Source: Ruminococcus albus 7 = DSM 20455
GTDB lineage: Bacteria; Bacillota; Clostridia; Oscillospirales; Ruminococcaceae
Direction of reading: 5' to 3'
Assembly: GCF_000179635.2 (NCBI RefSeq)
Contig: NC_014833.1
Location: 540,001-572,000 of the forward strand
Length of the DNA: 32,000 bases
Below are positions 1 through 9,300 of the stretch, one piece after another (the stretch's first letter is position 1; the number at the start of each line of letters is the position of its first letter). The position numbers were made by a program, and so were the translations under genes. The notes under the pieces are model-generated. The model was not told the DNA's origin, did not search any database, and saw only the letters and a program-made list of their open reading frames with translations.

Positions 1-147
1 CCATTCCATGGGATTATAGATATTTGAGATCACTGCTACATCAATATCCATTTCCCTTGTTTTTTCTATTATACCTTTTATGACCTCTCGCTGCTCGGTA
101 TCTGCTGCTGCGGCAGCGATAACGCCAAAGAGTTTCCTTTTTTTCAT
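1..147 (-). CDS. 5' end (first 49 codons) of a second PBP/AraC-type hybrid regulator, paralog of 3964..6139. The gene continues past the window start.
   Basis: The reverse-strand ATG is the complement of 145-147, with a GGAGG RBS about 10 nt upstream. My translation is MKKRKLFGVIAAAAADTEQREVIKGIIEKTREMDIDVAVISNIYNPMEW. It aligns with the repaired N-terminus of the 3964 gene (ADTEQRE, GII, VISNIYNP). Confidence 0.6.
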   Translation of the reverse strand, partial: MKKRKLFGVIAAAAADTEQREVIKGIIEKTREMDIDVAVISNIYNPMEW

Positions 148-467
148 GCTGCTGCACCTCCTGATCAGATATATCTGCTGCTTGTTTTTGATTAATATAT
201 TATATCATACACTTCGGCGGCTTGCACTAGGTGTATGTAAATATATTGTAAATGGGCTTAAATTACCATTATGTTTTTGATATATTTCTTCGTTTTTTTT
301 TATTTTCATTATATTGACATTTATACGGTCATCCAGCTGACAGACCACACTGGCAGGTTTTCTCAACAACTGGCAGAAAATAGTATAAACATACCGCTTT
401 ATAACCGTGTGTGAAAATGTGAGCAAAGTGATAGACACATATTTTTTGTAAAAAACAGATTCGACTC

Positions 468-496
468 TTGAAAATGTGAATCAAGTATGATATAAT
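468..496 (+). promoter_or_regulatory. sigma-A type promoter for the GGDEF gene
   Basis: TTGAAA (468-473), 17-nt spacer, TATAAT (491-496), about 50 nt upstream of the ATG at 546. Confidence 0.5.
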
Positions 497-545
497 ATAA
501 TGGAAGTAACTATACGCTGGTAAATTTAATATCCGAGGTGAGCAG

Positions 546-1577
546 ATGAACAATGATAATGAGAATTTGAAAAATGCCATGATAATAAAGAATCTGACCT
601 TGTTTTTCGGCGGCTTCCTGCTGTTTACCGATGTATTTTTTCTCGCGGTCGGGATAGTATACGATATGCCGCTTATACGTTATCTGATTTATGTTAAGCT
701 CGTTATTAATACTACTAATATATATCTGATACTAAAAAAGCATTATCTTGTATCAACGGTGATAATTTACGTTGTAATAATGGCGATGATGGTAGTAGGC
801 ATTATAAGTATGGGTACGCGGCCTGCTTTTCAGCTATATGCGCTGGGTATGCTTATATGTGTCAGCTACAACGGCTATCTGCATAACCGTATACTGAAAA
901 AGGAACTCCCTTTCATGTTAATGATGGGGATCCACGTTTTGCTTTATACAGGTATGCTTCTGTATGCCAGGTTCAGAGAACCGCTGTACACTTATCCGCA
1001 GAGTGCAGTCGATATTCTTGTGATATTCAACTCAGTGGCAACGTTCAGTATTGTTATACTTTATGCTTTTCTTTTCCACAATGTTGCGATCCACTCTGAG
1101 GAAAAGCTGGAGAAAATGGCACTTATGGATAAACTGACAGGTCTTTACAACCGACATTATCTTTTAGCATTTCTTGATCACACAGGACCGAGAAACCCTG
1201 AAGACCGCTGGATAGCGATGCTTGATATTGATGATTTCAAAAAGATAAATGACTCCTATGGTCACAACTGCGGTGATTTTATCCTGCATGAGATCGCTGC
1301 GATGATACGTGATGTATGCAAGAATTGTATAGTATGCCGCTGGGGCGGTGAGGAATTCATTATACTTTCAAATATAAACGAGTGCAGCACCGAAGTACTT
1401 GAAACGCTGAGAAAGAATATTGAGAACAGGGAGTTTATATTTGAAGGCAATACCATACACGCTACGGTAACCATAGGCGAATGTCGGTATGAGACCGGGC
1501 AGTCCAATGATAAATATGGATATCCGTGGCTGACGAAAAGCTTTATGAAGGCAAACACAGCGGCAAGAACCGTGTAG
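546..1577 (+). CDS. Membrane-bound diguanylate cyclase (multi-TM N-terminus plus GGDEF domain). The 3' end appears frameshifted.
   Basis: GAGGTG RBS before the ATG. The N-terminal ~170 aa are hydrophobic. GGDEF hallmarks are LTGLYNRHYL, DIDDFKKINDSYGH and RWGGEEFIIL. The canonical C-terminus ADEKLYEGKHSGKNRVVR lies in another frame and ends at 1585. Confidence 0.9.
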   Translation: MNNDNENLKNAMIIKNLTLFFGGFLLFTDVFFLAVGIVYDMPLIRYLIYVKLVINTTNIYLILKKHYLVSTVIIYVVIMAMMVVGIISMGTRPAFQLYALGMLICVSYNGYLHNRILKKELPFMLMMGIHVLLYTGMLLYARFREPLYTYPQSAVDILVIFNSVATFSIVILYAFLFHNVAIHSEEKLEKMALMDKLTGLYNRHYLLAFLDHTGPRNPEDRWIAMLDIDDFKKINDSYGHNCGDFILHEIAAMIRDVCKNCIVCRWGGEEFIILSNINECSTEVLETLRKNIENREFIFEGNTIHATVTIGECRYETGQSNDKYGYPWLTKSFMKANTAARTV

Positions 1578-1591
1578 TGAGATGATAATAA

Positions 1592-1628
1592 AACATGGGG
1601 CTGTTGCTTGGTGCAACAGCCCCATGTT
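1592..1628. terminator. Bidirectional stem-loop terminator between convergent genes
   Basis: aacatggggctgttgc (1592-1607) pairs with gcaacagccccatgtt (1613-1628) around a 5-nt loop. It lies between the GGDEF stop and the GH26 stop. Confidence 0.7.
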
Positions 1629-1658
1629 TATGATATTGATATTCTTGCTTAATTGCTA

Positions 1659-3554
1659 TTACTTGATAGTAACCGTTACAGCATTCTTGATAGCATTAGT
1701 GGTATCCCACTTTCCGTTGATTCTTGCAGCAATAGCTACTTTGTAGGTCATGCCGGGAGTCAGGTTCTTGGGAGTTACATAGCTGTTTGTAGTAATGTTG
1801 GAAGTCTGTACTCTCCATTTACCGGCAAGATATACAGCTATGCCGTACTTGTCAGCACCCTTGACCTTATCCCAGACGAACTGTACCTGGTGATACTGCT
1901 GGCTGTAATTAGCCTTGATGTTTGTAGGATAGGTGATTTCCTGAGGAATGATGATATGATCGCTGCTGCCGCCGTTTGTGTAAAGATCAACAGGCAGTTC
2001 ATCGAGAGTGATGCAGTAATCGCTCTGGTAGATCTTCTTCAGCTCATCAAAGTCCTGATAAGCAGCACCCAGGAAAGCTGTGCCGCCGTCTTCACCGCCG
2101 TCATACCAGGGGCAGAAGTACAGCCAGCCTGCATCCTCAACGGTCAGGTTATCCAGTGCGGGAATAGTGTCGTTCTCAGCCATAGCGACCATCTTCTTGC
2201 CGTTGGTCAGCGCGTACAGTGCATCGAACTTTGCAGGTATAGCCAGCAGGTTAGGACCGCCTGACTTTCCGTCGCCTCTGTTGTACTCAACATTGTACTT
2301 ATCGTATGCTACGATATCTACATAATCATCGCCGGGATACCATGTAGCGGAATTAGTGTAGTCATAGCTGTTGAATTCCCATATCAGGTTGTGCAGACCG
2401 TACTCCTCGGTCAGTGTGGTATAGAGCAGCTTCCATACCTTCTTATAGGTATCGGCTCCTCTGTCGCCCCACCAGAACCATGCAGTACCGTCGGAATAGT
2501 TGCCCTCGTTGCCCTGTGCCTCGTGCAGAGGTCTCCAGATAACAGGTACGCCTGCATCCTGAAGTCTTTTCAGCTGCTCTGCGAGGTCTTTTATTGCCAG
2601 CTGGAAGTACTCATATTCCTTTGTGCCCTTGATGACAACGTTTCTTGTATCAAATGACTTTGAACCGTCACTGCTCTGATAGTTCTTATATGTGCATTCC
2701 TTCCAGTCGAGCTTTTCACCGAGAGTATAGTTTTCAAAATCCTTGGGGACATTTATATGCCATGATGCAGTAACTATACCGCCGCGCTTGGTAGCCCACT
2801 CTATGCAGCGCTCGGTGGTGCCGTCATCCCAGCCGTACAGCGGATTGTAGTTCATGAAGTCTACGCCTCTGATAGCGGGTACCTTGCCTGTGAGATCTTT
2901 GAGATACTCGTTCTCCCACTCATAGTTTCCGCCGTGACCGCCGCCGTATATCTCCTGCTGGCCTGCGATGATGTGGCTGCCGTAAACGCTCTTGAGGTAA
3001 GCCATCAGCGACTTTGCCTCGGGTGTAGCATTCTTGTCGGTCAGAGTGCCGGTTGCCAGTGTATAATCATGCTTGGGGGTAGCGCTGACGGTGACTGTGT
3101 CTATAGCCATGTAGCCGTACTCGCTTATGAACTCGATTGTGTTAACGCCCTTGTTCAGACGGAAGCTGCCGAAGCTGAAATCTGTCCACTCCTCGGAATA
3201 AGGCATATTCTTCATGCGCTTGATGCCGTTTACAGAGATGGACTCCTGTCTGCCGTTCTTATCGAGCACCTGTGCACATCTTGCAGTAATGGTGTACATA
3301 CCGTCCTCGGGAACAGTCACAGTAAATGATGCAGAATTGCCTGTAAGGTAGAAGAAGCCCTTGCCTGAAGAATTCTTAGGTGAAGGACCGTAATTCTGTG
3401 TCCAGAGCTCAGCGCCTTTCATATCCTCTGCCTCAATGGTGTAGGGGAAGGAATCAGCGGTCGCGGCCTGAACGGGCATGGAAGCTGCATAAGATGAAGC
3501 TGCCACTGCAAGTGCGGCAAATGCCGCCATTGTTTTCTTGAATTTGTTTTTCAT
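1659..3554 (-). CDS. Secreted GH26 beta-mannanase with an N-terminal CBM6/35-like module and a C-terminal ~85-aa Fn3-like module
   Basis: AGGAGG RBS and a signal peptide (MKNKFKKTMAAFAALAVAASSYA). The CBM-like block is YTIEAEDMKG...IDTVTV. GH26 motifs are WRPLHEAQGN, WFWWG and LIWEFNSY. The C-terminal module is QQYHQVQFVWDKVKGADKYGIAVYLAGKWRVQ. Confidence 0.9.
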   Translation of the reverse strand: MKNKFKKTMAAFAALAVAASSYAASMPVQAATADSFPYTIEAEDMKGAELWTQNYGPSPKNSSGKGFFYLTGNSASFTVTVPEDGMYTITARCAQVLDKNGRQESISVNGIKRMKNMPYSEEWTDFSFGSFRLNKGVNTIEFISEYGYMAIDTVTVSATPKHDYTLATGTLTDKNATPEAKSLMAYLKSVYGSHIIAGQQEIYGGGHGGNYEWENEYLKDLTGKVPAIRGVDFMNYNPLYGWDDGTTERCIEWATKRGGIVTASWHINVPKDFENYTLGEKLDWKECTYKNYQSSDGSKSFDTRNVVIKGTKEYEYFQLAIKDLAEQLKRLQDAGVPVIWRPLHEAQGNEGNYSDGTAWFWWGDRGADTYKKVWKLLYTTLTEEYGLHNLIWEFNSYDYTNSATWYPGDDYVDIVAYDKYNVEYNRGDGKSGGPNLLAIPAKFDALYALTNGKKMVAMAENDTIPALDNLTVEDAGWLYFCPWYDGGEDGGTAFLGAAYQDFDELKKIYQSDYCITLDELPVDLYTNGGSSDHIIIPQEITYPTNIKANYSQQYHQVQFVWDKVKGADKYGIAVYLAGKWRVQTSNITTNSYVTPKNLTPGMTYKVAIAARINGKWDTTNAIKNAVTVTIK

Positions 3555-3725
3555 GATAATATCCTCCTATAAATTAAAATTTACCCATATCCATGAAATA
3601 TTTAATCGAGAGCGATGCTTGCACTTTTTGAAACTGATCGGACATTCTTCAGGCTTGAATGGGCAGACAGTTTGTCAAAAATTTGAAATACAATAAAAAA
3701 ATGTAATAAATCGCTCTTTTTTTGT

Positions 3726-3754
3726 ATTATACAACGAATCTGAGGATTTGTCAA
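3726..3754 (-). promoter_or_regulatory. Consensus sigma-A promoter of the GH26 gene
   Basis: The reverse strand reads TTGACA (complement of 3749-3754), 17 nt, TATAAT (complement of 3726-3731). This implies a 5' UTR of about 165 nt. Confidence 0.55.
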
Positions 3755-3900
3755 CGAGCGTTTTGGTAATAAAATTAAATAATTTAAGTATTATTAGTAA
3801 AATTTAAGTGAATGAAACAGATGATCAATTAGCTGTTCACCGTTGATGATATATTTAAAATTTAAAGGTGTATATCAAAAATTTGAACCATGATTATGTC

Positions 3901-3929
3901 TTTACTTTGAGAAAACAATGTGCTATAAT
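3901..3929 (+). promoter_or_regulatory. Promoter of the hybrid regulator gene (extended -10)
   Basis: TTTACT (3901-3906), 17 nt ending in TGC, TATAAT (3924-3929). Confidence 0.55.
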
Positions 3930-3963
3930 ACTGTAAACGAATACATAAGGGGGTGGGCATATC

Positions 3964-6139
3964 ATGAAAAGGCAGATCATAGGGGGTTGTATCAACAAGA
4001 ACAGCCGATACCGAGCAGCGGGAATTGTTGCGGGGGATAATTCCTGCTGCGTGGAAGCGTAATACGGATGTAGTAGTGATATCCAATATATATAATCCCG
4101 AGTATGACGATGAGCAGCTTGCGGCTGAAAATGATATCTACCGACTTATAGAGTCGCCGGATCTTTGCGGTATAATACTTGTTACCGAAGCATTCATCAA
4201 TCCCACCCACCGCAGGCAGATATCTCAGCTAATGAATTACAGGAGCGATATACCGCAGATAGCTGTGGGCTCATATTTTGAAGGCTTTGAACTCGAACAC
4301 TGCATACCGCTCAATACAGCTGATTCGGATGATATAGCCGACCTCACAGAGCATCTGATAACGGTACACGGCTTTACTGAGATAGACCTGCTGACGGGTT
4401 TTGAGAGCTATTCGGTATCGCATCTGCGTATAGACGGTTACCGCAGTGCATTGGAAAAACATGGTATACCATTTGACGAAGATCGTGTAATATTCGGGGA
4501 TTTCTGGATGCCATCGGGTGAGAAACTGGCAAAAGCTTATATCTCGGGAGAAAGACCTATGCCGCAGGCGGTGATATGTGCCAATGATTATATGGCATAC
4601 GGGATCCTTGATGTGTTTGCCGAACAGGGGATATCCGTGCCCGGTGACATCACTGTAGTCGGTTATGAATTTGTTCGTGAACGGCATATGCATACTCCTG
4701 TTCTCACGACTTTTCAGCGAAGCCGCGAAGCGCTTGGAAGGATAGCTGCAGAGATGCTGCTTAACAAAGTAAGTTCAGGCGAGTTCGGGGTCCTGGTACC
4801 GCCGCGGGGCAAAGTGATATGCGGCGATAGCTGTACCTGCGGCATAAGACCTGCCGACCTCAACGCCGAACTCAGTGCTGCAAGGACAAAAGCTTTCTAT
4901 GAATTCCTGCACCTTTATAATCAGTTGGAGCAAAGGCTGACAGAAGCACATTCCATGCGTGACTTCTGTGGGAAATTCGTGGGCTCGGAATATCTGCTGC
5001 GCAATATCAGCGGTGCGGAGCTCTGCCTTTACCGCAACTGGCACAATGGAGCCGCCGATGACAGTATGATGAACTGCTACACATTATATAATGAATCACT
5101 TAACGGTCAGAGCAGAAACATCTCACGGCTGGAGCTTTCTGCGCTGACAGAGCGCAGTGGAGCGCCTGCGGTATATTATTGTTCACCGCTGTTTTTCGGT
5201 GACCGTCCTATGGGTTTCGTTGTGACCAGATACGAAATCCCTGAAACATATGATCATATATTCCGCAGCTGGATGAAATCAGTATCAAATGCGCTGGAGA
5301 TACTGCGCATGAAAAACGATATAAAATACCTCATGGAGTGCTGTAATATATCCGAATATCAGGACACTGTTACAGGATTGCTCAATCGTAAGGGATTTTC
5401 CCATGAGCTGCATATACTTATACGCAAGGCTGTGAAACGTCAGCCTGTGTTCTGCCTGCTGCTGCAGACTGCCATAGACCGTGACAACCTGTCACTAAAG
5501 AACAAGACCAAAGAGATAGCCATACAACAGGAGATTTCTGCAGCTTTGCAGGTCGTCGCACCATCATTCATCTGTGCAAGACTTGAACCGAATATCTACG
5601 CTGTTGCAGGGCTATATACCGATGAGGACATGGAACTGCTCCTGCGGGAGCGTGTTACCGCACTGGTACTCAACAACGAGAAGTATATTGACCTTTTCGG
5701 CATGGATTCGTTCTGTATCTCGGCTGTATGTACCGAGTACAGCAGCTCAACCGAGCTTATGAATATAGCCGAGAAAGAACTTATGGTACAGGCAGATATT
5801 TTACGTGATAGTCACCTTAATACTCATTACCGTCAGCTTATATCAGCACGGAACAGGCTGTATTCAGGCAGGGAAGCCCCTTTTACGGTTGAAGCAATCT
5901 GCAGGCAGTATCTTATATCGGCAGGTCATTTCCGCAAGATCTATAAGGAAACATTTGGTATTGCCTATCATCAGGATATCATAAGGATGCGTATGATGAA
6001 AATGATATGGCTGCTGATATCCACCGACCTGGATATTTCTGTAATTGCAGAGCGCTGCGGTTATGATGACTATGGCTATTGTCTGCGCCTTTTCAGACAA
6101 TTCACAGGTCATACGCCGAATAAATACCGAAAACTATAG
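3964..6139 (+). CDS. Cytoplasmic hybrid transcriptional regulator: LacI-type sugar-binding (PBP) fold, GAF-like region, degenerate GGDEF, AraC/XylS HTH. There is an apparent frameshift at codon 7-8.
   Basis: ATG 3964 has an AAGGGGGTGGG RBS but stops at 4060-4062. The long frame, listed from 4025, is open back to 3983. Removing one G from the G5 run (3982-3986) gives MKRQIIGVVSTRTADTEQRELLRGII, which matches the paralog at 1..147. Motifs are VICANDYMAYGILDVFAEQGISVPGDITVVGYE, DTVTGLLNRKGF, RLEPNIY in place of GGDEF, and AERCGYDDYGYCLRLFRQFTGHTPNKYR. Confidence 0.8.
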
Positions 6140-6177
6140 CGATGAATGTTTTCTCCATAAAATGCGTATTTTCTTCA

Positions 6178-6206
6178 TTGAAATACTTTGTACTATTGGT
6201 TATAAT
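6178..6206 (+). promoter_or_regulatory. Promoter of the GH98-like gene
   Basis: TTGAAA (6178-6183), 17 nt, TATAAT (6201-6206). Confidence 0.55.
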
Positions 6207-6302
6207 ATAAACACAAAGTAAAACGTTTAACAATTTAAAACCTGTGCATCATTTGGTGTGATAGATCGCATAGGTAAAACATTACGCAAAGGAGGAAATT
6301 GT

Positions 6303-9300
6303 ATGAAATTCAAAAAATTGTGTGCCCTGATCTTAGCCGGCACGCTTGTCGCGGGTACGATGATCGCACCGGCAGGAGGTATAGTTCCTGCAGCAATAAG
6401 ACCTATAGGCATAACAGCAGAGGCTGCTTCGTATATGCGCCGCCCCTGTGACCCCGAGCATCCCATGCTCATAGTACATATAGACACATGGAATTATGCC
6501 GACCCCGCAAAGATCATAGCAACGATCCCCGAGAGCATAAGACCATACTGTGTGTTCAATATCTCCCTTTCCATAAACTGGAGCAATACCGAACACAAGT
6601 GGCTGATGGTGCAGGACGGCTACGAGTGCGCAAAGTCATGGCTGAAGACCTGTTCGGATATGGGCGTATGGTGCATGGTGCAGCCTGCATCGGGCGGACA
6701 GTGTCATTTTCCTGACTATGACAGCAACTACAATATCGTAAACTCTCCCAACAAGAACAGGTACGTACAGCACGCTGATGATGATTACGAGAACACGATA
6801 TATGCCGAGTTCTTCCGTGATTATCCCAGCTTTATCGGTTTCAACTATTCCGAACAGTTCTGGGGGTTTGCTTCACAGGATCATCCCTGCACTTTCCAGC
6901 AGCGCTATCAGCATTTCGCACATCTGCTGAAACTCTGCAACAAGTACGGCGGATATCTGAACATCAACTTCTGTGCTAACCGCTGGTCGGCAGGACTTAA
7001 TCCCATAGCCATGCTCAAGACTAACAGCCAGTGGCGTGATGCCTGCGAGAAGTACGGTCAGAACCTGATGCTGGAAGAAAAGTATACACAGGAAAGTATG
7101 ATAGAGGACGTTGAATCCCAGATACTGGGTCTGTATCTTTCGGGCTACTGCGGATGCTACGGTGTGCGCTACGATGATACGGGCTGGACAGACCTAGGTT
7201 CCGACGGTTCATCCCTTTCCACCAAGAATCAGTACCGTCAGATCACGGGTCTGCCTATCCATGCAGAGAGGATGATAATGAACGGTGCTACCGTCATAGA
7301 CGGACCCGAGCTTGTATGGAACGATGACTTCGGTGAAACATGGGGCGGCGTAAAGGACAGTGAAGGTTATTCCTGCCGCAACTGGTTCACCAAAGACCAG
7401 TATGTTAATTCCACACTGAATTTCTTTGAAAAGATGGTAGACGGTACTTACCGTATACCCACCCGTCAGGAAGTCATCGACCGCACAAAGTATATCATCA
7501 TACAGGACGTAAGTTCGGGCGGCGACAATACAAAGTACAGCACATACCAGACGCTGTTCGAGGGTCTTTACCGTATGCCGAACGACGGCAATCTCTGGGA
7601 TAACAAGAACCTCTATAAATCAACGGGACGTTACCCCACTATACCCACCACCTACGGTCTCAGGGACAGTACTGCTAAGTCATTCAAGTATCAGCTGAAA
7701 CAGTCGCAGCTCGGTTCCCGCTGGAGCAGTATCTCTGCCAAGCAGAACGAGTTCAACAGGGAATTCCCCTCCGAGTACGTGGGTACCTGCTATGCGGGTC
7801 ACTATAATAACACATGGGTGACTTACAACAACGATAAGCTCAACGGAAATCAGGGCGTGCTTATTGATCTGCAGTACAACACTTGTTCGACCTTCGATGC
7901 TAACTTCAATGCATACGGTAATGCGATAATAAACGAGTACAGCGACCATATCGACATATATGCTAATAATTTTGATAACAAGGCTCAGACTACTCTATCT
8001 ACCGATACCTTCAAGGTCAACGGCTGCAACTCCAGACCTACCTATACTGCTAAGGACACCGGCCGCAACCAGACAAGATCCCAGATATCCGAGAGTTATT
8101 CCAACGGTACCTATACCCTTACCGTAAAGCACAACGGTCCTGTTGATATACGTATCAACTGCACAGGCAATAACACAGGCAGAAAGACCAATTACAACAA
8201 GGCATCTGTACAGCCCATAACCAAGCCCGCATTCTACACAGGCACCCGCCAGTACGAGGGTGAGTTCTTTGATGTCAAGAATGTTGAGGGCTACGTTACG
8301 AATGCCTGCAACAGCGGCGTTACAGGCATACAGGGCCATGGCTTCCTGAAATACGGCAAGAACTACAATGCTGCTGTCAAGGATACCGTACATACCAATA
8401 AGGCAGGTCAGTTTACCATGAAGCTGAGATATTCTTCTCAGTCGGACATAGATCAGGTTGATCTCTATGTGAACGGCACCAAGCAGGAGACCATGCACCT
8501 TTCAAACACCTACGGCTACTCCAACTGGAAGACATATGAAAAGACGATCAACCTGAAAGCAGGGGATAACAAGATCGAGTTCAAGTCAAATTCGGCTCTT
8601 CCCTCCTCGCTGTACATCGATAACTTTACAGTAGACGGCGATTTTGGTGACGGCAGCGGAACTATCATCGTAAATGAACCCGATCCCATTCAGGGCAGGA
8701 TCGTAAGAGACCTGAAAGTTGCTGATGCCGAAAACGCAGATGATTGGTCGATAGTATATGATACCACAGTGGGTTCAAGATTCTATGGCGACAGAGATAT
8801 CACTGTAAGCAGTATCCCCTCTTATCTGAAAAACAGGGAAACTATCCGCACCGCCTGCGATTCCAAGCTGTATTCGGGTGACGAAGCTGCCTTTACTGTA
8901 AATCAGAACGCGACAGTATATATCGCAGTTGACGATCGTGTAAATCAGGGACTCAGCTGGCTGGGCAGCTGGACCAAGACCTCCGATACCATGACTACAT
9001 CCAATGATGTAGTGCTTACTTTGTTCCACAAAGACTTTTCGGCAGGCAGCAGTGTTACCCTTGGTACTAACGGTGCGCAGGGTCTGTCTGCAAACTATAT
9101 CGTCTTTGTGCTCCCTCAGGGAACATACCAGAGCGAAACACATGAGTATCCAAAAGTCACAAATATACAGTACAATACACAGTATCACCAGTTCAAGGTA
9201 AACTGGTCATCCGTCAAGGGCGCATCACAGTACGGTATAGCAGTTAAACTTGCGGGCAGGTGGAAGGTGCAGGCTTACACCGATGCTTACACCACTACAT

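Noticed and set aside
205-580. Minus-strand ORFs 205-438 and 329-580, and plus-strand ORF 80-280, in the first intergenic region.
   Set aside because: This is an AT-rich promoter region between two divergent genes. The ORFs have no RBS, Cys/Phe/Ile-rich improbable translations, and overlap real gene starts.
1653-2264. 203-aa plus-strand ORF antisense to the GH26 gene. The same applies to the ORFs at 2080-2325, 2391-2657 and 2934-3329.
   Set aside because: These ORFs lie entirely inside a gene with unmistakable GH26/CBM motifs on the other strand. They have no RBS and their translations are low-complexity. They are typical shadow ORFs.
6258-6302. ORF-track N-terminal extensions: MIDRIGKTLRKGGNC at 6258, 12998 for carD, 15972 for Spo0A_C-like, 19764 for the ilv-embedded orf, 20480 for ilvN and 15785 for the HTH gene.
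   Set aside because: In each case a downstream ATG sits 6-10 nt after a GGAGG-type RBS. That ATG gives a sensible N-terminus (a signal peptide or the family-typical start). The upstream starts lack an RBS or overlap promoter or leader sequence.
7995-8498. 167-aa minus-strand ORF inside the GH98-like gene. Similar cases are 11331-11879 (+) inside the esterase gene, 21166-21777 (-) inside ilvC and 28094-28759 (-) inside the adhesin gene.
   Set aside because: These are antisense shadow ORFs within genes that carry strong family motifs. None has a start context or recognisable motifs.
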